From positions 18,910,001-18,974,000 of the forward strand of contig JBHGNT010000013.1 in NCBI GenBank assembly GCA_043228905.1: a DNA stretch of 64,000 nt, written 5' to 3'. The stretch comes from Azolla caroliniana (taxonomy: Eukaryota; Plantae; Polypodiophyta). The notes under the pieces were generated by a model, which worked only from the letters and a program-made list of their open reading frames with translations, did no database searches and was not told the DNA's origin. Within the stretch, counting starts at the first letter, position 1. Each line of letters begins with the position of its first letter. Shown piece after piece: positions 26,032 through 39,300 of this stretch. Both the position numbers and the translations under genes were made by a program.

Positions 26032-27318
26032 TGTCACGGACACACCAACACGGACTCGGACGGAGCTCGGATGATGGGATACACCAAGCATGAACTCAGA
26101 CCGACCACAGATGATGGGGCTAAGAGCGTGGAACTTGAGAAGCTAGGAATGACACAAGAGCATTAAGATAGAGATAAAGATCTAGGAGACAAGATGGAAT
26201 GAAACGAGAATACTAGATTGATGAGTCAATGACTGGCGTTGAATCCCTTGGCCAAGGAGGTTACAAGTATTTATACCGTGAGTTGAAGTACATGCATTAG
26301 AATATTCTAGAACTCTCTAAACCTTCTAGTTCTAGAACTTTCTAAAAACTCCTAGAACGTGAATAGATCATCTATGAAGATATACAACACAATTATGTAC
26401 TTGGATGTGTTGGTTACAATATAACACTTGACTATAATACAAGAGGTCAAGAGTTCAAATCTTGACATAACTGTTGTCATGTCTGTGACATTATCCTCCC
26501 CTTTACGGTTGCCTTTTCGAAAGTACGGTGTAGGGGGTCGCCAACAGAAAGTGGCGCGAGACTTGAACTATATAACAAAAATGCAATGCAAGTGAGCAAT
26601 AATCCGATCCCCACTAGGAAAGTCAACGGTTGTGACCCCCACCGGAACCGGGAAGGTGAGCGATCGAAAGCACTCCTCACCAAAACTATGATGCAAAATT
26701 ATACCTAAAAATGATGACAACTAGTGTTATTGACGTTGAAGACAAAGATGTTGATGAGGGTAACTCCAGAAGCAAGGATTGTGATGATGGTAACTCTAGA
26801 AGCAAGGGCAATGACGAAGATGGGTGATGCTTCAAGTTGGAAGGGATTCAAACTGTCACGGACACACCTAGCGCGGACTCAGACGGAGCTCGGATGATGG
26901 GATACACCAAGCACGGACTCGGATGGAGCACAGATGATGGGGCTAAGAGTGTGGAACTTGAGAAGCTAGGAATGACACAAGAGCATTAAGATAGAGATAA
27001 AGATCAAGGAAACAAGATGGAATGAAACAAGAATACTAGATTGATGTGTCAATGACTGGCGTTGAATTCCTTAAAAGGGACCAAGGAGGTTACAAGTATT
27101 TATACTGTGAGTTGAAGTACATGCATTACAATATTCTTGAGAATATTTTGGAGAATATTCTAGAACTTTCTAAAAACTCTTAGAACGTGAATAGATAATC
27201 TATGAAGATATACAACAAGATTATGTACTTGGATGTGTTGGTTACAATATAACACTTGACTATAATACAAGAGGTCAAGAGTTCAAATCTTGAAATAACT
27301 GGCGTCATGTCTGTGACA
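26032..27318 (-). mobile_element. Non-autonomous TRIM-like mini LTR element nested in copia B
   Basis: Direct repeats 26032-26490 and 26854-27318 (TGTCAC...GTGACA termini). TSD GTAAT at 26027-26031 and 27319-27323. The 363-bp interior has no coding homology. The minus-strand PPT AAAGGGGAGGATAA adjacent to 26490 sets the orientation. Confidence 0.95.
26841..26851 (-). promoter_or_regulatory. Non-tRNA primer-binding site, putative self-priming PBS
   Basis: Minus-strand TTGAATCCCTT lies 2 nt from the 5' LTR and has no TGG start. It is complementary to AAGGGATTCAA inside the LTR, downstream of TATAAATA. Confidence 0.7.
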
Positions 27319-30300
27319 GTAATGCATGCAAGGTTGTGCCGAAATGAAGCAAATGTAGCGGCTGACTCAGATGGTGAGTTGTAGCATAAAAGGCTCGGTC
27401 ACATGAAAGAAAGGGGAATGCATATCCTTCCTGAAAAGGATCTCCTCCCAAAAGTGAAAGGAATACATCTTGAAAAATGTGAGGACTGTTTGGCTGTTGG
27501 AAATCAGAACAGAGATGCCTTTCACTCCATGCCTCTAACGAGAACTGGTCCACACATACGTGTGCTACATGGACGCCCCATTGCATCGTGGTGGATAGTA
27601 CTTTGTGACATTTATTAATGACTTCAACATAAAGTTGTGGGCCCTCGTGCTAAAATCTAAAGACCAAGTGTTGTCGGTCTTTAAAGAGTTTCATGTGAGG
27701 GTAGAAAGAGAATCTGGATAGAAGCTAAAAGTTGTCCGAACAGATAATGGTGGTGAGTATAGAGGCCAATTCGAGATGTATTGCAAAACTCAAGGCATCA
27801 AACTTGAGTGTACAGTGTCGAAGACACCTGAGCTTAATGGTCTAGCAGAGAGAATGAATCGAACCATAATGGAAAGGGTGTTCGGATGCTTAGCATATAT
27901 GCATGTTGCAAAAGATTAGAGGTCAAAGTTGGACAGCAAGTCCAAGCCATGCATATTCTTGGGGTACTCAGACAATGAGTTTGGCTATAGGTTGTGGGAT
28001 CTCCTTGATGAAAAGGTGGTGAGGAGTATGGATATTGTGTTCATCGAAGACAAGATAATTGAAGACTGGAAACAACATAAACCATCGTCTTCTCAGTCGA
28101 CCACTACCACTATAGATTCAATACTAGCTCACTACATTTCTACATAGCTAGCTGACAGACAACAATCGGCCGATGAAACCAAATCTGAGTCGGTTGGTAC
28201 ACAACATCAGGCTAATGCACATGAATCTGAGTCGAAAGATGAGCTGGCAGAAGAAACTGAATTTGAGTCAGTGACTGAAGAAAAGAGATACCCACTCAGG
28301 CAAAGGAAGACCTCCTCTAGGTATCCATCCAGTCAATATGTTCTCTTGACTAATGAAGGTGAGCCATAATGTTATGAAGAAGCCATGACATATGTGTACA
28401 AGGAGAAGTGGCATAATGCAATGCAAGATGAAATGGATTCCTTGTATGAGAACCACACCTACGAGCTAATGGAGTTGCCTGGGGGAAAGAAGACACTTAG
28501 AAACAAATGGGTCTACAAGTTGGAAATTAGAGAAGACGGTAGTACACCCAGATATAAGGCCCGCATTGTGGTGAAGGGGTTTCAACAGAAAAAGGTTGCC
28601 ACTATGAATTTGGAGATTGAGCAGTTGGATGTAAAAAGAACATTTCTGCATGGTCAATTAGAAGAGGAAATCTATATGTAGCAACCAAAGGGCTTTGAGT
28701 TGAAAGGAAAAGAGAATCTGAAATGTAGATTGAGGAAGAGCTTGTATGGTTTGAAGCAAGCTCCTCGACAATGGTATAAGAAGTTTGAGTCCTTCATTTT
28801 GGATCATGGGTTCCACAAAACACAAGCCGACCATTGTGTATTTGTGAAAATGTATGACAAAGGTGATTTTCTGATTCTCTTGTTGACAGTATGTAGATGA
28901 TATGTTAGCTGTTGGACAGAATGCTAAGAAGATTGCTATCTTGAAGAAAGCTTTAAGCAAATCCTTTGCCATGAAGGATTTAGGTCCAGCAAAATAGATT
29001 TTGGGAATGCATATAGTCCGGGATAGGACTAAAAATATGCTATGGTTGTCACAAGAGAAATATGTCACAAAAGTTTTGCCAAGGTTTAACATGTATAATG
29101 CAAAATCTGTTGGATCTCCATTGCCGGTGAACTGTAAGATAAATTCTAATCAATTTCCAAAACTGAGAAAGATAAGGTTGAGATGAGAACGGTGTCGTAT
29201 GCCTCGGTTGTTGGGAGCCTAATGTATGCTATGGTTTGCAATAGGATGGGCATTGCATTTGATGTTGGGATAGTTAGTCGATACATGAGCAATCCTTGAA
29301 AGGAGCATTGGGCAGTCATGAAATGGATATTTAGATACCTAAAAGGTACTTTGAGTGTATCCTTAGGTATGGCTCCGGGAAACCTATGCTTGAAGGTTTC
29401 ATAGATTTTGATATGTCGGGTGATGTAGATTCCAACCAATCCACATCAGGGTATGTGATGACCCATGCCTGGGGAGTTGTGTCATGGCAATCAAGATTGG
29501 AAAAGCCTTTGGCTTTGTTGACCACAGAGGCCGAGTATATGGCCGCAGTGGAGGCCGAAAAGGAATTGATTTAGATGAGGGATTTTCTAAGTGAACTAGG
29601 AATGAAGCAAGAAAAATTCCTACTTCATTGCGATAATCAGAGTGCCATCCACCTTGACAAAAATGTTGTCTATCACTCTCATACAAAGCACATTCAAAGA
29701 AGGTATCACTAGTTACGAGAGAGAGTGGATGAAAATGAGTTTGTTTTAGCAAATATCCATACCGATGATAAAGGATCAAACATGCTTACAAAAAATTTAT
29801 CTATGCAAAAACTCATTGCTTGTCGGCAAAAGACTGGTTTGGTAGACTCCCCCCCTCCATACAGGAGTGAAGGGGGAGTTTGATATGGACGCTTGTCCCA
29901 CCTAATGGGGGAGACAATTAAAAAGCCGTGAATCAGCTGAGAGGCCGAATGACAGCCGGTTGGTCGAAATCAGTTGAGAAGTCAAATGAGAGTTAAGAAG
30001 AACAAAGAGAGAGCGCGAGAGAAGAGCAAAAAGAGAGCGTGAGTGAGACTGAGTAACAACCTGAGCTGTGTGAAAGACAAGGTGCAGAGATAGAGAAAAG
30101 ATGTGTTGAGCTAACTCGTGTGAGCAAGACAAAGAGAAGACAAGAAGACATCAAGGGTAGGAAAATTTTTGTGGAACTTGCCCAAACCCTAGATGTGGTT
30201 TTAGACACCAATCTGTTGCGTTGGCACCTAAACAGGTTTAGTCATTGCATACATTTTTGTTGTGAGATTCATATTGTTGTTGTACTCTCAGACTTGAATC

Positions 30301-30537
30301 TTTCCTTCAGAGAGCTGAAAGCTCTGTAATCTATTTTGTTCTGTACCCTCCACTCATAGTGAAATTTTGTTGGCTAGAGTGCTCATGGTTTTTATCCTTG
30401 ATTTGGGATTTTCCACATAACAGTGTGTAGTTTGATTTCTATTTGTGTTTCAGAATATTTGTTGTTTATCTCTTAGTGTAAATTCTTACACTTTGAATCG
30501 TAAAATGTGTTAGGAAATAGGTCCCTCCGGATGGGAT

Positions 30538-30650
30538 GACCCGGTGAGAACCGGAGGAGGAGTACCCAGCTACAGAAGACCCGGTGAGAACCGGATGAGG
30601 AGTACCCAGCTACGGAGGACCCGGTGAGAACCGGATGAGGAGTACCCGGC
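30538..30650 (+). repeat. 40-bp tandem repeat in U3 of the copia C 5' LTR (2 full units + 1 partial)
   Basis: Unit GACCCGGTGAGAACCGGATGAGGAGTACCCAGCTACGGA[A/G] at 30538, 30578 and 30618. Confidence 0.9.
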
Positions 30651-33600
30651 AAGAGTCGGATGGTGAAGACCCGGTGAGAAGTGCTCACCGGATGAAGGGA
30701 CATATTTGTAAATATGTTTCCTGAGAGGCCATCGGGGCTATATTTGTAAATAGCTGAAAAGTCATATTAGTATAAATATGACTTAGGGCAAACTTAGTAT
30801 AGCGTTGTTGTTGTCATTCTTGTTGGCGCAAGATTAGAGTGCATAACTGTGTATAGAGAGAGTGAGAGAGAGCAAGAGGTCGTTGCCTCTGTTGTAACCG
30901 CCGCTTGTGGAGAAGATAGAAAGCTCGAGGTCGTTGCTTCGGTGCTTTACCATTTGTACATTCTGACATAGTGATAGTTTGCAGTCTGTGGGTTGCTGTG
31001 GTTTTTTCCCTAGTTTGGGTTTTCCACGTTAACATCCTGTGTTCTCTTCTCTCCATTGTGTCGTGCATTCATTCCCCGTTTTTCTGTGTTTTGATTCTAA
31101 GCTCGGTTGTGGTCGAGCGTTGTTCATTGGGAGCGTGTAGTTCCTGTCAAGTGGTATCAGAGCGAAACGACACAGAAAATGGACGATTCGTTGGGAGGCA
31201 TATTCAAGCTCACCGGCTCCAACTATTCGGTATGGAAGTCGAAGATGAGGGACATGCTCGTGGTTAAAGATCTTTGGTTGCTGGTTCAATTCGGGGACAA
31301 GAGACCGGACAAAATCGACGCCACGATATGGGAGGTGATGCACATGAAGACAACGGCATACATACGGTGCTTCATCGACATGAGTCTATACAACAACTTC
31401 AATGAAGAGAGCAAGGCTCATGAGCTCTGGGAGAAGATCGGCATTATGTTTCAAAACAAAAATGTTGTTAACCAGGTTTCGGTATTCCGGAAGCTAGTAA
31501 GACTCTGGTACCAAGATGGCTCCAGCATGGCGGAGCACATGAATGCCTTCCAGGGGCTGATACACCAGGCAACATCATTGGAAGTACCTCTCGCCGATGA
31601 GGTACTAGCGCTGCTCCTGCTCGATTCCCTCCCGGATAGCTGGGAGACATTGGTTGTCACTTTGGGCAACGCCGGGCCGGAAGGGAAACGGTTATCCCTA
31701 GCAAGAGTGAAGTCGAGCTTACTAGATGAGGAGGCACACCGAAAAGATAAGGATACGAATTCCGACTCCAAAGCGCTCACCGAATCAGAACGCGGAAGAA
31801 AAAGAACCGTAGTTCCTAAAATCGGGAAAAGTCGGGGACACGGTCAAAGTCAAGGGGGAGACCTACTTGCTTCTATTGCGGCAAGCCGGGACACTTCCAG
31901 AAGAACTGTTGGCACTTCCGAAAAGACAAGGAAACCGACGGTACCGATTCGAACAGACACCGGACTGGAACGGTAATGACCGGAGGGGGCCGAACCGGAA
32001 GGGAACGACGGCAATCGCGGCAAGTGAAGAAGAGTTGATGCTCATCACCGAGGAGAGTGAGCTAAACCTTGCGGCGACGAGATGACCTGGGTGGTCGACT
32101 CCGGAGCGTTGTTCCACCTTACCCCAGATCGGAAATGCTTCTCATCCTACTCAGCCGGTGATCACGGCTGTGTCCGGATGGGGAATGAAGGTACATGCCG
32201 AATTGTCGGCATAGGAGACGTTTGGCTGGCAACACCAATCGGATGCAAGTTGCTGCTGAAGGATGTCCGACACGTGTCGGAGGTTCGTCTGAACCTAATA
32301 TCAGCCGGTCGGCTAGATGATGAAGGCTACACGGGTAGCATCCGGAACGGTGTTATGAAGTTCAGCAAAGGAAGCATGATTGTGCCTTGGGCCCAGAAGG
32401 TCAACACGTTGTACGTGATGAATGCCAAATTATGCCCGAAAGAAGTGAACATGGCATCCGACACTGCCGGTGAGCTGTGGCACAAGAGACTGTGTCACAT
32501 GAGCGAGAAGGGGATGAAGAGGCTTGCAGAAGACAACCTCATTCTAGTGAAGAACGTGCACTTGGAGAAGTGCACTGATTGTCTGGCCGGTAAGCAAAAC
32601 CGGACCTCCCTTCGACCAAGGCCACCAATGAGACGTAATGCACCATTGGAGTTGGTGCATACTGATGTGTGTCAAGTGGACACGAAGTCACATGCAGGAT
32701 CGCAGTACTTCGTGACGTTCATAGATGACCACAGCCGGAAGCTGTGGGCCACACTGTTGAAGACGAAGGATCAAGTGCTATCCGTCTTCAAAGAGCTCCA
32801 CGCGAGAGTGGAAAGAGAAACCGGCCGGAAGCTGAAGGCGGTTCGAGCAGATAACGGAGGAGAATACCGGGGGCAGTTCGAGGAGTACTGTCGCTCGAAG
32901 GGAATCCGGCTCGAATTTACCGTGCCGAAGACGCCGAAACTAAACGGGCTGGCCAAGAGGATGAACCGGACCATAATGGAGAGGGTCCGGAGTATGTTGG
33001 CGCATGCAAAACTACCCAAGAAGTTTTGGGCTAAGGCACTGTCGACGGCGACATATGTGATAAACATATCACCCTCAGTACCCTTGGACGGAGACACGCC
33101 ACAGAGAGTCTGGACCGGTAAGGAAGTGTCCTACCGGCATCTGAAGGTATTCGGGTGTCTTGCGTACGTGCATGTTGCTAAGGACCGGATAGGAAAGTTG
33201 GATCCAAAGACCCGACCATGCATATTCCTCGATTACGGCGACGATGAGTTTGGCTACCGAGTGTGGGACATGGTCGACAAGAAGGTATTCCGGAGTCGAG
33301 ATATTATCTTCATGGAGGACAAGACGCTCGCCGACTGGGAGTTGGAGAAGAAGATAATGAACTCCGAGTCGACCGGTAAGGACCGATTCTACGATGAGCA
33401 GACCCAACCGGCAAGAGACCGGTTAGCACTCGAGGAACCAGCCGGTTACGGTGAGGATACCGAACCAGTAGAAGAAGAAGTAGAGGAAGCTGAAACCGAA
33501 GCCGGCCAAGACCCCGAATCGGATTCGGATGAAGAGCAAATGGAGGGCCCGATTACCGAAGCCCAAAGACGGAGATATCCTCTCAGAGAGAGAAGGGCCC

Positions 33601-35259
33601 CCCGGAGATTTCCGGATGCAGAGCATGTGCTGCTAACCGATGAGGGGGAGCCAGAAAGCTTCGTAGAAGTGAAGGATGACACCCACAGACGAAAATGGTT
33701 AAGTGCCATGCAGGATGAAATGGATTCCCTGCATGAGAACCATACGTACGAATTGGTGGAGTTGCCGAAAGGAAAGCGGGCACTCCGAAATAAGTGGGTG
33801 TACAAGTTGAAATCGGGAGATGCTGGCAACCCCCCGAGATACAAAGCCAGGATCGTGGTGAAGGGGTTCCAATAGAAGAAGGGCGTGGACTTCGACGAGA
33901 TATTTGCCCCGGTAGTAAAGATGACCTCTATCCGGACGGTGCTGAGTATAGCGGCAAGCATGGACCTTGAGGTAGAGCAGCTGGACGTGAAGACGACATT
34001 CCATCACGGTGACCTCAAAGAGGAGATCTACATGCAGTAACCGGAAGGATTCGTGGAGAAAGGGAAGGAGCACTTGATTTGCCGGTTGAAGAAGAGCCTC
34101 TACGGGTTGAAGCAGGCCCCCCGGCAATGGTACCGGAAGTTTGACTCCTTCATGACCGATCAAGGGTACCACAAGACGCAGGCCGATCACTGCGTGTTTG
34201 TGAAGAAGTTCGAAGGAGGCGACTTCCTGATACTCCTTCTGTACGTGGACAACACGTTGATCGTCGGACAGGACCAAGCCAAAATACGGATGCTGAAGAA
34301 GGCCCTCAACCGGACCTTCTCAATGAAAGACTTGGGTCCGGCAAGACAGATGTTGGGGATGCATATCATCCGGAACCGGTCAATGAAGCAATTGTGGCTA
34401 TCACAGGAGAAGTACCTGACAAAGGTGCTTCAACGGTTCAACATGTTGGAAGCGAAACCGGTCAGATCGATAGTCCCTGCAAACTGCAGATTATTCGGTA
34501 AGCAAAGCCCGAAGACGAAAGTAGAGAAGGCTGATATGATGAAGGTTCCATATGCCTCTGCCGTCGGGAGCTTAATGTACGCAATGGTGTGTACCTGACC
34601 GGATATAGGATACGCAATCGGAGTGGTGAACCGGTTTATGAGCAATCCTAGCAAGGACCACTAGAACGCGGTCAAATGGATACTCAAGTACTTGAAGGGC
34701 ACTTCAAATATGTGTCTCCAATTCGGCTCCGGAAAACCTCAACTTGATGGTTTTACCGATTCGGACATGTCGGCTTACGTGGATACCAGCCGGTCTACAT
34801 CCGGGTATGTAATGACATATGCAGGGGGAGTTGTTTCGTGGCAGTCGAGACTGCAAAAGACGGTTGCGTTGTCAACCACGGAAGCGGAGTACATGGCGGC
34901 TGTGGAAGCCGTCAAGGAAATATTATGGATGAAGGACTTCATCGGAGAGCTCGGTATCTAGCAAGATGAATATCGGCTCTATTGCGACATTCAAAGTGCC
35001 ATCCACCTTGCTAAGAATGCGGCCTACCATTCCCGGACGAAGCATATCCAGCGTAGGTATCATTGGATCCGGGAAAGAGTAGATGACCAGGAGTTCGCGC
35101 TGACAAAGATCCACACGGCCGAGAACATGTCAGATATGCTGACCAAAGTACTGACACCTGACAAGCTGGATGCATGTCGGAAGCGGTCCGGACTACTAAG
35201 ACATCCCATGCCGGAGTGAAGGGGGAGTTTGTTAGGAAACAGGTCCCTCAGGATGGGAT

Positions 35260-35412
35260 GACCCGGTGAGAACCGGATGAGGAGTACCCAGCTACGGAAG
35301 ACCCGATGAGAACCGGACGAGGAGTACCCAGCTACGGAAGATCCGGTGAGAACCGGATGAGGAGTACCCAGCTACGGAGGACCCGGTGAGAACCGAATGA
35401 GGAGTACCCGGC
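35260..35412 (+). repeat. 40-bp tandem repeat in U3 of the copia C 3' LTR (3 full units + 1 partial)
   Basis: Same unit at 35260, 35300, 35340 and 35380. Confidence 0.9.
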
Positions 35413-36399
35413 AAGAGCCGGATGGTGAAGACCCGGTGAGAAGTGCTCATCGGATGAAGGGACATATTCGTAAATATGTTTCCTGAGAGGCCATCGGGGC
35501 TATATTTGTAAATAGCCGAAAATTCATATTAGTATAAATATGACTTAGGGCAAACTTAGTATAATGTTATTGTTGTCATTCTTGTTGGCGCAAGATTAGA
35601 GTGCATAACTGTGTACAGAGAGAGTGAGAGAGAGCAAGAGGTCGTTGCCTCTGTTGTAACCGCCGCCTGTGGCGAAGATAGAAAGCTTGAGGTCGTTGCT
35701 TCGGTGCTTTACCATTTGTACATTCTGACATAGTGATAGTTTGCAGTCTGTGGGCTACCGTGGTTTTTTCCCTAGTTTGGGTTTTCCATGTTAACATCCT
35801 GTGTTCTCTTCTCTCCATTGTGTCGTGCATTCATTCCCCGTTTTTCTGTGTTTTGATTCTAAACTCAGTTGTGGCCGAGCATTGTTCATTGGGAGCGTGT
35901 AGTTCCTGTCAAAATGTGGTTCCAACGAAATTTACAAATCTTTTTGGAACACGCTTAGGTTAAGATTGCAACGTGATTATAATTTATGCACAAGATACAA
36001 TAAATTCATGGGTGTAAATGAAATCAATATTGCATCAGAATTTACAATAGCTAACCCTATTACATAGAATGAGAAAGAAAGAAAGAAAGATATATTAACG
36101 TCTTCTAAGGCCAAAATTGGCCCATGAGACAAATGGTTTACAACAAAAATTGGGATATTTACCCATTGATCGAAAGTAAAAAATAAAAATAAAAATCGAG
36201 TTTTAAGATAAATAGTTCTAGTAAAATAAAATAACAAACATGTTCTACAATAAAATGATGTTATACTAGGCCTAATTTCATTTCCATCCAAGTCTCTCGA
36301 AGAGAAGCGGGAGGTCAAAGGGTTTCGATGTGGATGTGGCCCGTGGCCCCAATGTAAAAGGTGCCCCAAGCATAGCTTCTAGTCGATGTAGCTCACGTT

Positions 36400-39300
36400 C
36401 CTGTATCTTCTTAATCCTTCTACTCCGTGTTGACTTGTTTTGAAGCCCAACATCCGAGGGTGTTTGGTTGTTCTTTGTGTTTCGGCTTCTTTAAGAGAGA
36501 GGCCGAGCAGCGTAAGTGTATCCACATTCATCATTTATTCTCCCTATGTTGTTTTAGCTCTAAGATATACCTACCTAGTCTCTTTACATCCAGGGTATCT
36601 AATAGTTTGGAGAGGGTGGGAGAGGGTCCTAATATGTCTTGGTATTCCACTTGTATCTCGGCATAAGTTGGGAACTTGCATGTGAAGTGATACTCATCCT
36701 CTATCTCTATGTGGCACAACCTAGATAGCCTTTCCTCCGTAGGGACTCTATTAGCCCGACCATTCTCAATCTCAAGTTGGTGAGATGATATCCTAAGTTG
36801 TCCAATGGCAACCCTTAGTACATTTGATAAGAATGTATCTAGATATCTTGGTCGTGTAATAAAACCTAACTAAGAGAAGTGCAAGAAGTGTTCCTTATAG
36901 TGCAATATTTTAGATGGGAGTGGCTCTCGTGGGGTGATCCATTTACATCGAGTGTAAATTTGCCATATTTCTTGGCATATCACTTTATTACGGTCTTCAT
37001 GAGATATTAGAGTTTGGTCAGTCCCATGGTTGTACTTAAGCAGGGGGTAGGTTATTAATGTCTATGCCATTTGCAAGTAACCAATTCACCACAGTGTTAT
37101 ACCAAGAGCTAGTGTCTCCAGACACATGTAGGGATCGAGATGCCTCAAAGGCTCGACGGGATATCCTATCTTGTGGTTGGCTATGTATCCAATGAATAAA
37201 AACTACCACTTGAAACAGTGCTTCTACTAACATGGGGGCAGACTGAACTCTGCTCTAATAATGTCATGTGGTACTGTTGATTTGCTTCGGAATGGACATG
37301 ATAACATCGTTACCAAAGGTCTCTCTAATTGCGTCCACATGAAAGATGGTAGACCTGGAGCCCGTACTACTGATGCATACATGAGGGAAGGGGTCACTAA
37401 TGAGTCGAAGAGCCATCCCTTAGTCCGTGGCTCTTGAAAGTATGCCCGGTGGCATTGTCTCTCTAAGAGTGAGAGGAATGCATACCCTCTCGTTAGCCTA
37501 TCTTTGGTTGCCTGGGTCATCGAGAATTTACCTGAGCAAGCACTAAAAGTGACTCCCAAGTATACATATGATCCAACTATACCTCAACTAGTTTATGAGA
37601 GAGGATTAGGTGACATTTACTCCTAACTCGGGACGATGTATGAAAGATAAGGACTTTAGTTTTCGCTAGATTCACTACCAATTCTCGTTGTGTACAAAAG
37701 TCATCTAGGGAATTAAGATGCTTTTGTAGGTCTTGTTCTGACTCCGAGAGCAAGACAATGTCGTCTGCGTAGAGTAAGAGACTAACTTGCGTATCCCCAA
37801 TAGCTACTCCCTTGCCTCCCTTACGAGCAATAAAATCAGTGATCTCATCAATGTAGATCCCAAAAAGAGTCGATGATAGGGAGCAACCCTGTTTTACACC
37901 AATGGTGCTAGTGAAACAATCGGATAGGCCACCTGGGCATCTTACGCACCCAGAGACTTGCTCTTATAGGGCATAAATGGCCCAGATCATGTCATTTGGT
38001 ATCTCCAAGCTCTTAAGTCTATCAAACAACTTCTCCCTAGAAAATGTGTCAAAGGCTTTGCGGAAGTCCACAAAGCAACAATATAGTTTCTTCTTACGAG
38101 CCTTCGTCTGGTCAATTAAGCACCTAAGTGTGAAGATATGGTCAATAGTGGAGAAAGTTCGTCTAAAGCCAACCTGCTCAGGTGCTCGAAGACTTAATGT
38201 TTCCATATAATCGCTAAGCTCCGCTTCCATTACCGCACCATATAGTTTACCGAGCGTATGGCCTATCATAATGGTCCTATATGTATTTGGGTCCATTGGG
38301 TTCCCTCCTTTATGTATAGGGGCCACTGTGTTCATGGTCAATTGTGGTGGATAACCCTCGGCGAGGGCATGGTTGAAGATTAGAGTGAGAAAGGGGGCTA
38401 TGCACTCTCGAGCATATATGATGTGCTTGGCTCGCAATCCTGTGTGGTCCATGGATTTCCTATGTTGTAATTTATTTATGACCTTCGTGACCCTAAAGGT
38501 CGTGAAAAGTGTCCCCATGTTAGGTGGGGGTGTGGAAGGCATTGGGATGGGTGGTTGGTTCAAGACATGGTAGAGTCTCTCAATATATGTGTACCAAATA
38601 TTGGGATCCTCGATGGGTGTTTGTGGTCGTGGTTCCCGTAGTCTCTTCCATGCAAGGGCGCAATACCTACTCATGAGCATATGGTAGAGTTCCCAATATT
38701 AGGATGCTTCCCAAGCTCCTCTTTTACAACGTGTCATCTTGCGCATCTCTTTTCGAGCCTGTACTGAGGAAATAGTACCACTAAGTCACGACACTTTAAG
38801 TTGTCTATACAACTCTCTACAATCCTTATCATACCACTTGTTCTGTGGCATAGACCCTATTCTACTATGATTGGAGTGTTTCGTGTATGGGAAGCTACTA
38901 ATTGATGCTGAGTGAACAGTGTGTGCGAGTTCTGTAGTGAGGTTCTCTAAAGGCAAGGAAGAATCAAAAGAGGAGAGACGGGCTTGAACATGTCGAGAGT
39001 AGATGTCAAAGTTCAAGTAGATGATGGCCAAAGCTTGTGGTGTCCGCACCTTGATCCTTTAATGTACACATTATGTCTAAGTCTAATGGGTCGACATTCA
39101 CCATTTAGAGGTTTCTGAAATATTGTGCATTGAAATCTCCTACATTGACATCTCCTACAAGGAAGACTTCCCCTTGAGAAGAATATCAGATTATGTCATC
39201 CAATAAAGGTTTGTATGGAAAAGGCCCATGCAGCGTTCCTTCATCAAGTATACTCGCCTCTCCAGCCATATTATACCGAGATCCTTTCGGGGGGAAGTAA

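Larger units (their letters stand above)
24069..30490 (+). mobile_element. Ty1/copia element B (Tnt1/Tork-like), full-length but old and decayed
   Basis: 5' LTR 24069-24781 and 3' LTR 29881-30490, both TG...CA. TSD CTTTG at 24064-24068 and 30491-30495. Degenerate tRNA-iMet PBS TGGTATCTAAGC at 24785, and PPT GAGTGAAGGGGGAG before 29881. Gag, protease (WVVDSGASFHLTP), integrase, RT and RNase H fragments carry many stops and deletions. Confidence 0.95.
30508..35911 (+). mobile_element. Ty1/copia element C (Tnt1/Tork-like), full-length, disrupted ORF
   Basis: 5' LTR 30508-31149 and 3' LTR 35230-35911. TSD AAATG at 30503-30507 and 35912-35916. Perfect tRNA-iMet PBS TGGTATCAGAGC at 31152-31163, and PPT GAGTGAAGGGGGAG. 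Gag-PR-INT-RT-RH spans ~31179-35219 with several stops and frameshifts. Confidence 0.97.

Noticed and set aside
30538-30680. Regularly spaced repeats resembling a CRISPR array
   Set aside because: These are head-to-tail 40-bp units with no unique spacers, inside a copia LTR in a eukaryote, with no cas genes.
36301-36320. AGAAGCG(G/T)...AGGT as a LINE TSD shared with ~57231
   Set aside because: The match is short and gapped, so the LINE ends remain undefined.
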